The notes under the pieces are model-generated. The model did not search any database. It saw nothing but the letters and a program-made list of their open reading frames with translations, and was not told the DNA's origin. Positions 13,001 to 24,600 of a stretch of 64,000 nucleotides of DNA are shown here, piece by piece (position 1 is the first letter of the stretch; each line of letters starts with the position of its first letter). The position numbers and the translations under genes are program-made. Source of the stretch: Phoronis australis (lineage: Eukaryota; Animalia; Phoronida); the NCBI GenBank assembly GCA_002633005.1, contig NMRA01000068.1:1071092-1135091 (forward strand), given 5' to 3'.

Positions 13001-16000
13001 AATAAACATTTTTGTGGAAATTCTGGCAATCTCTGTGAAAATCACAGTTTTAGAACAAGTTGCAGTCGCATCATTACATATGGGCAATTTTTTATAAGAA
13101 TCTGTGGTCATTGAAGGTTTGAAAAATATGCAATTTTGTACATTCACTTTAAAAGTTATTAAAATGAGTTGATCCTCAATAACAAAGGCTGTTCACTTAT
13201 ATAACTTTTTGTGAAAAACAGATATGATACTCTTATCATATGAATTTATTGAGTCTGCTGTCAGACTTTTGAGCCTATCACGATTACTGTTAAGGTGATT
13301 TTATGTCGTGTTATTTTTTGTTCGTAGAATGGTGATGACGACAAGCTTACAGAAGCAGACTTGCGTGAGCGTGTTAAGGCCTGGATGGCTGACCAAAATG
13401 ATGTAGTTAATGAAAAGGGAGATAATCACTTGCAACAGAGCAGGGGAGTTAACAACCAATCCGTGCATGATCATGAAGTGGAACAAAAGTGCCATGAAGT
13501 TATTCTTGATGAAGGTAAGGGCTGGGTCACTGCTCTTCAAAGGTTGTGTGAAGCGATTCTGGATATTACTTTTGTAATGAGGAATTATGTTGTGGCCGTA
13601 TAATCCTGAATATACTGTCACATAGAAGATTGAATTCGTTTTGTATTAAGAATCTACGATACATTGTACATAAACTGTGTTGGCTGATGGAGCAGGCAGT
13701 GTGAAACAATTGTGTACTGCAACCAGTCCCTCTACGCTTATAGGAGAACAAATTGACGGGTGATTAGCTGACATCTGGTGAGACTTCTGTTTCATCCGAG
13801 ACACCACATAATTCCTTCAAGGCAATTTATTTTGTGAATAAAAGTCATAATTTGGTATCGTTGATTTAAGTGATGTAAAAATTCTCCAATTTGGGACAGT
13901 GAAAAATTAATTATTTTGCTCATGGTAGGAGCTTGTCCCAAATTCTAGAAATAGGCAATATTTGCCGTCCCGGCAAATTTAAGAATCAGCAGAAAAACGA
14001 CAAAATTCAGTAGTTGACAACGAACATTGTCCGAAATTTGCAAAATATGGCGAATGCCAAAATCGCACATGTACCAAATTCCAGAATCAAGAAAATTTAT
14101 TTTTTTGCAGGAAGCAAGCACTGTGCTTCACCTTTCTGGCATTGAGCAGAACCTTGTTCTAAGGGCTTCACACACTTGGCAATCAAGTTAAAATAAACGT
14201 TAGGTTTTGGAGTAAAAGCCACGGTTCAAGGCCAGAATGTCATTGGTTGTGATTTTTTGTGATGCATGACATCTCTCATTCTACTCTCCATCTCAGACAT
14301 GTGTTAGGAAACAATGAAATTATTGTAGGCGTTTAATTGATTTTCCACAGGTTCTAGTGACCACCTGTTGGGAGACCTCAAAGTTGGAGAGGAAGTACTT
14401 GCTAGGTGGCCAGATGATGGATGGTATTACAGAGGTACATTTAACCCATATAGGGTGCTTGCCCATCAGTTTGTTCAAAAAAAGTTTGGTCATTGACTTA
14501 TTAAGGTGTTAGACTGTCTTTCATGTGACTAGTATTGTGGACTAGATATGGTGTTGAAACATCAGCCTTGTCACTGGTGCTTAAATTAAATGTCTTGGAT
14601 TAATTGCTGTAAAGTTGAGCTGATAAAATTGAAAACTGTAACAATGGTGTTTGGAAGATGGAAACATACCACATATCATCAGCATGATGTCACTAATCTA
14701 ACGTGTGTGGCGCAAACGGGATGTTGTGAACTTGTATTCAAGACGATCATGTGTCTGATCAATGGATTACATATAAGAGTGATGTTAGTACTACAAAAGT
14801 TATTTTCATTTTTGTTTGGTGTGTTTGTAGTTTGTAATTAATAGACTAGGTTTTGGCCATTATTTAGTACATTTTCTAGACCNTATATCAAATCGCCGCG
14901 TTACTGTCTATTGGCGACGAGGATAAAGAACTACTTTCATAGTAATGGTTCAACATTTTTACGTGCCTGTACCGAATGGACTTTGGGGTAAGAAAATATC
15001 ACTTTCTGCGCAAATAGGTTCGCTTGGGTGAGATTCTCAAGTTACTAAAGTTTCTTATATTGCTTTCCTCTAGAATCGTATAATATCATGAGTTTTAATT
15101 CAGGGTTACGTTTGAATCTATGCACTAGAAAATTTTTGTTATTTTGAACACTGGGTCATTTCTTTGGGTTACGGCCAGTGGCAAGTTAAAAAATCCTCTT
15201 GGTTTGACAGCCTAGTTTCTCCACGGCGCGTTCCCAGCTCAGAAGCACGGTTTATCTGCGAAGACTCTACTCTGACGGCATGTAGTTGTTAATATGTCGC
15301 GCGCGCGGCTTGTCTTCACAGCGCGTGCATGCACTCTCACCGAATCGTGCAACACCACCCACGTCGACACTCAGCGTCCTCTCGCAAGACACCTGACCTT
15401 ATATTACCGACTTCTCTTATACATGCACAATTTCTGCACTGACTCCTCAAGCTGAGTGCAGTGATGGCTTCGGTAGGACTTGGCGTACTTTGCAGATACA
15501 CAAACAGGCTCAGGCTCGGAACAGGAGCTAGTTCACCATTTCACTACCAACTTTCACATGGTCAAAATAGAATTATTTTATTCTTGGTCTTGCTACAACA
15601 CCAATATCAGCTGGTACAGCACTCTCGATTGCCCGGTTACGCAATGCTTGTTGACAGGGTTAGATTAGAGCTAGTGTCCTTGTATATAAGCTCCACCCCA
15701 GTTGTCAATCACTGAGCTGGTGAGCACTCAAGCCATACGACTTACTGAGGCTTGGTCAAATATAGCTAAAAAAACAACTTTGGATTTTCAGAATGATTTT
15801 ATTTTTCTTCAGTATACTGTGCATCAAGAATTAAAGATTAGGATGACATAAAAATGTAAGAAACAGTCAAAAAATTTTTTTTGTGTATCCACCTACATTA
15901 AGCCTTTTGTTAAGCTGTGTGTTTACTTACACACACTAACTGCAGGGACAGTTTAATGTATGTTGAGAGCAGGATTCACAAACTGCTTTCACTGACGTTG

Positions 16001-18144
16001 CATTTCAATTTCAAAATACCTATTTTATGTAAACAAATGTAAGCCAATATGCGAAATTAAGTTACCCCTTCCAAGCACAAAATGTTTCTGTGTTGCAAAA
16101 GGTCAATATAGATACACCGTGTTGTTAGAACAATAACCCCAACCTTTAAAGCTAATGGATCAATACATATAAGCCTCGTTGAAATGCTTTATCAGTGGTA
16201 GAAATATAATGCTTATTGTAACTTGTATCAGGACTTAGGACATGCTTCCATTGTTGCTGTCATGGCAGAAATATGTGTATTTTCGTCAAGAAAATTAATT
16301 GAAATTTGTAGTCTTTGTTTTGCAATAAGTCATGCTATCTTAGTGCATGTGAGTAAATGTTTAGTAACTGTTAAATGGTTGTTCTGCTTCATTTCATTAT
16401 TGACACTCAGTTAGGTGACATGGCAGTGTCCCTGCACCCTGTGTATTCATTCAATGTCATTTTTTATCCTATCTTATTCAGGTTGGTGACACAGTAGTGG
16501 CCCTGCACCCTGCATATTCATTCAGCTATGCTCCCGCTACTGTAACAGAGGTCTTCCCTGACCTGTGGACTCAAGTTCGCATGTTTGATGGAACTGAAGA
16601 CAAGATTCCTCGGGATGAGGTCTACAAACTTTTGGCTGGGAAATATGAAGCTGCTGTTGATTATATCTCCAGCTGTGAGAATCGCATCATCAAACAAGCT
16701 GTTGTTGCTAGGGACAACAACACAGGCTGCTTCTGTTTAGGTGAGTTTTAATTTAATTGTATTATCCAAAAATTCTGAATTCCTTTTGTTTCCCTTTTTG
16801 TGCACATGCTGGTCATTGCAATGAGATCAAGTTATGGTCTCCATATGTTGGTTTCATTTGTTTAACAAGATTTTAGCTAAAACAAGAGAGGTGTGATTCT
16901 TTTGTAAAGTGTGGCAAAAAGATAATTAAATGTGTATTTTCCACGTTTTGCACGAAAGTAATTGTCAAAAATTGTCTCATGGTAACAATGTTTTTGATGA
17001 CATCTACACAGTACAAATCAGGCTAATATCAGACCAGGAGCTTTTATCTGTATTTTTATTGTGTCTCAGCTGCTAGTCTGAAGTACTTGTTGTCGATACT
17101 TGTCTCAATTTTTAAACCAACACTTACTTAACCTTAAAGATGTATTTGTATACTCCTAACTACGCTGTATAGCAGGAACTAAATGACAATTCTATTTTAA
17201 CATAGTCTAAGCTGAACAAAGTGCAGTAGTATTCACTGCCAACTTGTAAATGTGAAAACAAATAATTCTACAAATAGGTGACCTTTGCACTAATGAATAT
17301 GTACCTCACGGGCTCACTCAGTCTCCATCATACAGTGTTATTCCCCAGCACCACGTAATGATACTTACTGCATGGACACAGTTCAGTGATTTACACCGGA
17401 TCATTTTTGCCACAAAACCCACTGTTTAAAACACTTGGCAATTTTCAACCCACTTCATAATTCACATCTTCGCTATATGTTGTGTTTCTAACTAATTGGT
17501 CAAGCAATCACAAAGACAATGAATTAACCTACAAGTTGCTCTTAAAAAGTTGTCGGGGTAAAACTGCGCAATAGTCTGATATAACGTGCCCGCATTTTGA
17601 GAACCAGTTTGATGCTCGTTATTTAGTGAGGGAAAACTGGTTCTAAACATTCCGGGCACGTTATATCAGACCATTACCTAAACTGTTTCCACTTATACTA
17701 TGACTTTGTACTTTCAAGAATGCCATCTATTATTGACAGATTGCTGAAAATTGCTCATTCTTCTGTTTACACTTGAATACCAAGAGAGTACAATGACTTT
17801 CAGGTTCTGTGAAAGAGAGAGTTGGAAATGGTCGCCAGTATGTCATAGAGTGGCCTGATTCATCACTGTCTATTCAGAGTGCTGAGCACATGTTTGGTGC
17901 ATTCACCAAGTGGCGAGACTTGCAGTGCGGTGAGCGGGTCTTAGCCATGGCTGATGTGGTAAACTACATCTATTTACCTGGATGGATTAAGGCAACAAGT
18001 GGCAATAAATTTACAGTGAAATTCTGTAATGGCAAGTTGCTTCATGTAGAGCCTGGTCACTGCTTTTGGTTATCTCAACTCTATTATGATAATGCCGTGG
18101 CTTTTTATAGAAATAAGAATCAACATGCTGTAGCCATGTTTTAG
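812..18144 (+). CDS. VWA3B: VWA3B-like (von Willebrand factor A domain-containing protein 3B), 3' part, 11 visible coding exons
   Basis: Exons 812-1061, 7108-7380, 8033-8170, 8781-8890, 9997-10037, 10461-10792, 11350-11457, 13328-13514, 14351-14434, 16482-16740, 17804-18144, all AG/GT bounded and phase-consistent except 14434->16482 (N gap at 14883). Peptides FEENKLKLMQALDRCGWPV, GQSVVARYHIDGLYYQG and YVPAVV..KFYTVMMYN resemble vertebrate VWA3B as remembered (FEENKRRLHKALERLNWPI, GQKVIARCDENGFYFPG). 5' exons lie upstream of the window. Confidence 0.88.
1052..1295 (+). repeat. Degenerate ~40-bp tandem repeat including the VWA3B donor
   Basis: Recurrent tgaggtcagtgga / ggggtcagtg followed by a pyrimidine run. 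Confidence 0.6.
2095..2245. repeat. ~17-bp tandem repeat (gttagttagctgagact)
   Basis: Directly visible. Confidence 0.8.
7108..7380 (+). CDS. VWA3B: VWA3B-like exon, first half of DUF4537/Tudor-like module 1
   Basis: ttcacag|GGT ... CTTAGG|gtgaat; phase 0-0. Confidence 0.9.
7408..7631. mobile_element. Foldback MITE with ~85-bp inverted arms
   Basis: aactttgttgaa...gactttttgtttgcaagcttgatac...caatctccttt mirrored by aaaggagattg...gtatcaagcttgcaaacaaaaagtc...ttcaacaaagtt; tactaaac occurs at both ends (7403-7410, 7631-7638). Confidence 0.8.
8033..8170 (+). CDS. VWA3B: VWA3B-like exon (VGDHVMVHVV...YNGAE)
   Basis: ctgcag|GTG ... GCCGAG|gtattg; phase 0-0. Confidence 0.9.
8781..8890 (+). CDS. VWA3B: VWA3B-like exon (ATAMRSMLIKISKSRYSFSVRYIDSLK...)
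   Basis: attttag|GCT ... GACAG|gtgagg; resembles VWA3B RSALIKISQNKY; absent from ORF track. Confidence 0.88.
9140..9575. repeat. Degenerate (TCAG/TCAC)n tetranucleotide satellite
   Basis: agtcagtcactc runs. Confidence 0.9.
9997..10037 (+). CDS. VWA3B: VWA3B-like 41-nt exon (SGHSANEDKKELTE)
   Basis: ctctttcag|T ... GAAG|gtaatg; bridges the phase-2 donor at 8890 to the phase-1 acceptor at 10461. Confidence 0.75.
10461..10792 (+). CDS. VWA3B: VWA3B-like exon, acidic low-complexity region and coiled-coil start
   Basis: tgtctcag|AT ... CAGAAG|gtagga; frame of ORF 10481. Confidence 0.85.
10805..11060. repeat. G-rich ~40-55-bp minisatellite next to an exon donor
   Basis: ctgtaggtctgtatgtgttgtagggggctgggggcatc, about 5 units. 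Confidence 0.85.
11350..11457 (+). CDS. VWA3B: VWA3B-like exon (KLRKETRRLAKTQRKILKK...)
   Basis: gttacag|AAA ... ACCAAG|gtaacg; continues the coiled coil, phase 0-0. Confidence 0.8.
12488..12930 (+). mobile_element. Helentron-associated (DINE-1/pearl-like) non-autonomous element
   Basis: T-rich start, hairpin atgcgcccacat/atgtggacgcat (12494-12523), (CCGT)n microsatellite, repeated ttcatgaaatttgg core; related reverse copy near 36.7-36.9 kb. Right boundary approximate. Confidence 0.6.
13328..13514 (+). CDS. VWA3B: VWA3B-like exon (NGDDDKLTEADLRERVKAWM...)
   Basis: ttcgtag|AAT ... GAAG|gtaagg; phase 0-1. Confidence 0.8.
13882..14105 (+). mobile_element. Truncated copy of the MITE at 59203-59479
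   Basis: Shared ttctccaattt, gtgaaaaattaattattttgctca, agcttgtccca, gaatgccaaaatcgc, gaatcaagaaaa. Confidence 0.8.
14351..14434 (+). CDS. VWA3B: VWA3B-like exon, start of Tudor-like module 2 (LKVGEEVLARWPDDGWYYRG)
   Basis: ttccacag|GT ... AGAG|gtacat; Tudor-like ARWxxDGxYY motif; absent from ORF track. Confidence 0.88.
16482..16740 (+). CDS. VWA3B: VWA3B-like exon (VGDTVVALHPAYSFSYAPATV...VVARDNNTGCFCLG)
   Basis: ttattcag|GTT ... TTAG|gtgagt; end of module 2 and start of module 3. Confidence 0.88.
17570..17675. mobile_element. ~105-bp hairpin / mini-MITE
   Basis: aatagtctgatataacgtgcccg...agaaccagttt mirrored by aaactggttct...cgggcacgttatatcagaccatt. Confidence 0.75.
17804..18144 (+). CDS. 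VWA3B: VWA3B-like terminal coding exon (module 3, stop TAG)
   Basis: ctttcag|GT TCT GTG AAA...; phase 1 matches the donor at 16740. Confidence 0.88.
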
Positions 18145-18977
18145 AAACTGGCCCATGTAGGAATCGTGCAGGAAACTGCAGAAGGCCCGCAGTGTCCTTA
18201 CACATGAATGATTTCCCAAGCATCTGTGATGTTGAATGTTGTGATAAGGGCCAATATGAAAAGTTTCTTTTTTGTTGTTTTATATGAAAACAACATAAGT
18301 CGGGAGCAATATATATGTATATATACACATAAAAAAGAAACAAATGCAAGTGCTGTTTCCTCTTTGTGTTCCCAGTGTTTATCAGTGTGCCTGGGTAAGC
18401 CTAAAACTTCAATATTTAGACATGCATAGAATATGTCAGATATTAACCGTCTTGTGTACTCTCTGAATCATTTTACAACAGCCATTTCTTAAAATGTTTT
18501 ACGTAGTCTCAGGGCTTACTAATGGTCAAGCAGCGGGCCTGCAGAACAGATTAACGGGCCATTTTCCTGCCTAACATTCACATGTGCCCGTTTCACTATT
18601 TTTAGACAGCCACATAGATGATCAGAATACATTTTACTGCTTTCATCAATACAGCCTCTCTCGATTACCCTTAGAATCAAATGAATTTCATCGGATGCAT
18701 TTGCTAGATTGATGATTTACACAACTTATTTTTGGCTGTAATATTGGCTTCACCTAATGATCACTGTATGGAAATATCAACAGGCCTCTGTGGATAAAAG
18801 TTAATGTTTTATATAATGTAAATGCTACTCATCTAAATTGTTGTTATACTTAAGTTTCTGTTATGGTTTTTTAGTTTCGTTATGGACTTTATCGCTCAAT
18901 TTTGTAATTTCACTTGCTCAAAAGAGTTTGATTTCTGCATTTGGTCTCTTGATTGTACATTTTGAATTTTTGTAATT

Positions 18978-18983
18978 AATAAA
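18978..18983 (+). terminator. Candidate polyadenylation signal of VWA3B-like gene
   Basis: AATAAA about 830 nt after the stop, in a T-rich 3' UTR-like stretch. Confidence 0.45.
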
Positions 18984-19191
18984 TTTTTATGGGACTCTGT
19001 CAGTGACATCTAAAGATTGTGTGGATTATTGCGTCTACTTGTTTTAAGTAAAAAATTAGCAAGGTCTCTTCTCATCAACATAATTGACAAAATGTTGGTC
19101 CAAATAATATGTAGATAATTTTTGGGCCAGTTCACACAATGTATCAGTAAATTTGAAGAAAACTTCGCTAGTGCCTTGCACAACACAAACA

Positions 19192-19197
19192 TTTATT
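19192..19197 (-). terminator. Candidate distal polyadenylation signal of CNOT7
   Basis: tttatt on + (AATAAA on -) at the end of an A-rich, TE-free ~2.3 kb UTR-like region. Confidence 0.4.
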
Positions 19198-21514
19198 TAC
19201 AAAGTATTATAAAACATATCTACGTTCTACAGCACGGAATGATATCATCACAGCAGGTCAAGCCTGACTGGTCCACATACTCGTGCATTCATCTTACATC
19301 TCTCACAATGGCTGACACAGGGGAAGTAACGCACACAGGAAAGCAGACGCAGAAGTAGTGTCACGTAACGCTATACTGACAGGTATTGACAAACTACATC
19401 AGCCAAGTACAGTAAGGCTCTTTGGTTCATTATAACTGGACAGAAAATAAAAATAAAAAGGTCAATATTTACATCATTCAGCAATTCCTAACAAGAAACT
19501 AAAAACAGGGGAGATAATGAAGGAGACGTGCGTCTGCGTTACATTTTTGCCTGTATCAGCCACCATTGCTTATCACATGATAGCACGACTTGTTAAAACA
19601 TCAGAATAAAACCATGGATAAAAGTGGTGCAAATACAAACTGCCAAACTACGCGTCACGTACATTCAACCGCCACAGATAACGCCTGGTCTCTGCAAACA
19701 AAATGAAACTAATCTAAAAAGGTAATTATGTCTAAAACTGGATGCCTAATATATAATTAATGTATATCGAGTATTTGCACGCACAAAGATTAAACCATTT
19801 ATAATGATTTAATGCAGCTATGAACCAGCATTCCAACAAAGAAGAAAACTTTTGATATAGACCACAAACAACTACAAAATTAGACTGACCTGTTTCTTAC
19901 TCAGATGAGAAAGAGATTTCTGGGATTGCCAAGAGTTGACAGTTCACTATGGCGCATGAAATGACAGACCAGGACAAGCGAACTTGTACAGCTTGGACTA
20001 AAGCAATAACAAACTGTCAGTTCTTATGAAGCCTAGGAATCGCCTCTACTTTGACAATTTGAGATCCAAATTCATTATAATAGGTGGACTGAATCAAACC
20101 TAGATGTAAGGCAGGTTTATAATTGCTTAGTTCCTGGTACAAGTACATTCCTGAAATCAACATTAGTCTTCAGATAACCTGAATCTCTCAACAACGGCTT
20201 CTGAGGACAATGACTAGCTGGATGTAAAACTAGCCTACACAAACATACTGAAGACAGTCGATAATATTAGCAACATACTGAGAGGCAAAACTATGGTAAC
20301 ACCAGTAATATTCAAACCAATAAACTGTCTTTTTAAATTTTCCACAAATAAAAAGTAGAAAAATAACATCTACAGGTAAACAAAAATGTATTTCATTTAT
20401 TACTTTGCGGTCACCCATAATTACAGTAGGATGTAAAATGACACAAAATGCAGTTTTATTTGACCTGAGGATGCACACATTCACTAGAAGAAGAAACTAA
20501 AACTGCATCTTCACAAATAAATAGAGACTGCCAGAGTCAGTAGAGGCTTGGCACAGACAAAACATCAAGTCTGACTTAAAACAACGCGCAATAGTGGCGG
20601 CTCACCAAATTTGGCAATTTCAGACGTAAAATGAACACATACCTATGGCACATGGAACGTAAGGAGCGACAATGTCACAGACCACCAATTTGAAAAGTGT
20701 ACAAGATTACACTATAATGTGGTTACTCAGAGTGAGTGCTGCTATAACAGGAATACTCAAGAGTTAACCAATACACTGTGGAGAAATGAGAGAGATTAAA
20801 AACCAATAAGAAAAAAACCTACTATTGAACTTTCCAAATGATTCACTTGTGGCCGAGTGACCCAGGTAGGAGGTGTGTGACAGAACCTGTTGTCGTCCCC
20901 TGATCCCTATATCACAGTAAGTACATGTGGACCCCATTGTGTGCTATGACGACGGCATTCCGTGTGAGCTGAAGCTACTTGGCTAAAACCATTCATGGGT
21001 TTATCTAGGACTATTCATACAGTATGTCTTCACTTCCTCTGAGTTAAAGCTATTGGCTTTATAAAAATACTTCATTAGTGATTAAAAATCACAGTGAAGG
21101 CCTTTACTGTCCCTGTAACAACTAACCATGAACACCACTGACATTTTCAACAAGCATATTCACAAGATTCAAGGCCATGACAGATCGTGACCACTCCTAA
21201 AAGCATAGTCTTGCATCTTTACCACCCAAAGCAAATCAAATATAATAGACCTTGAGTCATCCATTTGAGTTAAAGTTGTGAAGCATGGCCACCTAAGAAG
21301 AGAACCAGCAAAGTGACGGGAAATAAACTTGTAACGGTATCATTGATAACCAGAAGAAGAAGTTTCACATAAAAAACTTAAGTTTCACAAAAATCCATTC
21401 CTTTTAGTATGAGTAACTTAGTTTGACAGACTAAGTGAACTACATGCAGTAGACATAGAGAACATTAAACATTACAGACAGTTGTCTTCCAACACTTTCA
21501 GTCATTGGACAGCA

Positions 21515-21670
21515 TCAACTCGATGTCGTCGTAGCAACCACATCGGTCGTGGTCGTGTTGTTGTATGCATTGTTTTCAAAGGTGGAGTTACCATTTTGCA
21601 CGTAAGATGTACCAAGACCATACAAATGGCCACAGTACTTGGCATCATCAATGTTGTCCTCAAAGAACAT
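21515..21670 (-). CDS. CNOT7: CNOT7 terminal exon (MFFEDNIDDAKYCGHLYGLG...TTTSS*)
   Basis: ttccag|ATG TTC TTT GAG; TGA at 21517-21515. Confidence 0.95.
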   Translation of the reverse strand: MFFEDNIDDAKYCGHLYGLGTSYVQNGNSTFENNAYNNTTTTDVVATTTSS

Positions 21671-24600
21671 CTGGAACAGAGTTATTACACAGTGTTAAAC
21701 AACAATCGGTTACTTCAGTGTGTTAATTAACTGACCAGAGTTATGCCAGTGGGTTAAAGAAATTCGTAAGACTTACAATCAAATAACTGTCAGATCAGAG
21801 TTATACCAAAACAACTTTATCAGTGTTATGGCAGTGGTCACAGTTACCTCAGGATAATAAAGAACTTGACCAGTCAATCGTGCAAAATAACATAATGATC
21901 AGAGTTACGTCAGCGTGTTAAATAACTTAATCTGTTATGACAGAATGTTAAACAACATCATCAGGGTTACATGACAGTGTGTTAAATATCAACTTGACCA
22001 CATGGGAAAGTCAGCAAAAGTGTGAACATAACAAACCAGATTTTTGACATCTAGTTTATAGGCACAGATGATGTTTTGCTGAATTGTTGTATATTGGAAA
22101 GGTGGAGCTGACTAACTTGGGTATACCAGGTCAGGTACAACCAGGGATGTTTGTCATTTTTAGTTAACTGTTTCTAATAGTTGAAATAGCAAGATCACAT
22201 GATGGTCTGGTCCATCCAAAAAAAACAACATCAGTTGTGCTCTTCTCATGTGGAACACAGGATAAATTTCGCAAAGGTCCATCTATGAATTTGGAATAAA
22301 AAGGCTGACATAATGACAATTTGCCTATGGGGGGGGGGCACAGTAGTCAAGTCTGTCCAAAAATTGACAACAGTTGTGGTTTCTTCAATAGGAACACATA
22401 CTTAATTTCAAGAAGATCCATCTAAGAACTTGGAAGAGATTTAGGCAGAAACAATGACAAACCTCAATGGCATAAGAGGACAACACAGCAGTCAGACCCA
22501 TCCAAAATTCAACACCATCTGTGCTTCATTCAATAACATAGAACTCAGTTTCAATCTCTTGGCCAGCTTTGGTCCACCATCCACCAACCATGACTACAGG
22601 CTCAGGACACCAAAACAACCCATGAAATTTGTAAGCAAATTTTTATATTTGAACATGACACAGCATTAATTTTAAACCCCCAACTCTTCAGTTATCTCCT
22701 CTTTCGTCATGTGTTTCCCTTTTAACTGTCTTACCTCTCTCATTTTGAAGAATGCAGCTCCAGTTAGTAAACTATCACTGCCAGCCTGATGCTGTGGCCC
22801 CAGTCGCCGTAGCTACAACACAGAAATAGATGAGTGTTGATTAAACTGGCTAAAACAGACTTTNCACAGTAGTCAAGTCTGTCCAAAAATTGACAACAGT
22901 TGTGGTTTCTTCAATAGGAACACATACTTAATTTCAAGAAGATCCATCTAAGAACTTGGAAGACATTTAGGCAGAAACAAAGACAAATCTCATTGGCATA
23001 AGAGGACAACACAGCAGTCAGACCCAACCAAAATTCAACACCATCTGTGCTTCATTCAATAACATAGAACTCAGTTTCAACCTCTTGGCCAGCTTTGGTC
23101 CACCATTCACCAACCATGACTACAGGCTCAGGACACCAAAACAACCCATGAAATGTGTAAGCAAATTTTTATATTTGAACATGACACAGCATTAATTTCA
23201 AACCCCCAACTCTTCAGTTATCTCCTCTCTCATCATGTGTTTCCCTTTTAACTGTCTTACCTCTCTCATTTTGAAGAATGCAGCTCCAGTTAGTAAACTA
23301 TCACTGCCAGCCTGATGCTGTGGCCCCAGTCGCCGTAGCTACAACACAGAAATAGATGAGTGTTGATTAAACTGGCTAAAACAGACTTTGTTTGCAACTA
23401 TAACACAGAGAACTATGCATGTTTTAAACTGGCTAAACCAAAACAAGACTAAATCAAAAGCTTTATTTTTGAGATATGTCAACATCTTGGTTTTCACGCT
23501 GTGACCTTGAAAGTGACATCAAATCGACTGTCACCTGCAGTTGCCCCACCAACAGCTTAGTACTAAATCTTAAGCTTTGTTCTTCAGATATGCTGTGAAC
23601 AACATTTCCCAAAGTCAAAACTGTGACTTTGAAAATAACATCAAGGTCACCAAAATCGACTAGCACCTGGAGTTGCCTGTGTACACTTGGTATAAAATAT
23701 GAACAAAATGTGCAGCTTCATTTTTGAGATATGCCATCAAGAACACCGAGTGGTTCATAAACAGATGTTCCCCACTTAAGCATTATATCAAATCCTCAGA
23801 CAAGGCGTTCAGCTACAACCTGGACAACATTCCAAATTACCAGGGAGCTCACTTCATCAAAATGCTTGCATTCAAAAAGAACCCCATAGAGGTCTACCAT
23901 CTTTTTGAAAAAAGTGGTAGGACTTTCGGAAGTTTGTATTGTCAGCTGCAGCGCCCTCATTCAGCCATATGCTCTTGTGGCACGTTATAAGAGAATGGCT
24001 TTACTTCGTCGGCATTTGGCAAATACAAGAGAAGTCTGATGACATTTCTGCATATCAGCGAGAACAATGCCCAAAGAGTGCATCGTAAACATATGTAAAA
24101 GATGATTATCAGTTTTTTAAATAATTGTTTAAAAATGATACCAGGAAATTTTGAAAAGCGATGTCATCCAAACATTAAATTTCCTGAACATCCATCGAGC
24201 AGTACCGTATATATTGTGGTGGATGTCGAAAAATTGAAATTGCCTCTACAGGGGGTAGCATTAGTGGCAATGTTCCGAAAAATTTGAGGGTGCTGTCTTA
24301 TCTATAATAAGTGTAAAATCTCCCAAAAATCACTCAAGTGGATCGGCCGAGAGAGGTGGTGGAGGGTCCCTATTGGTTCAGTGCTCTGTTCAAATACTAA
24401 AGTCCATCGGTCCCTTTGCAATACTACCAAGCAAGACTAGTTTTCTAACAGACTGGAGATCATTACCATATAACGTGGCTTGTTTGTGAGCGGCAACGTA
24501 GCTCGTGCGGTAAACTCAAGTACGCAAAAATAAAGACATGTCACATTTGCAAAATTCATTTAATACATGACGCTTGTTGTTATTAACAATCTTTATTTCG

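Larger units (their letters stand above)
22339..23389. repeat. 525-bp tandem duplication split by N (probable haplotype artefact)
   Basis: 22339-22863 vs 22865-23389, scattered substitutions, begins right after a poly-G run. Confidence 0.9.
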
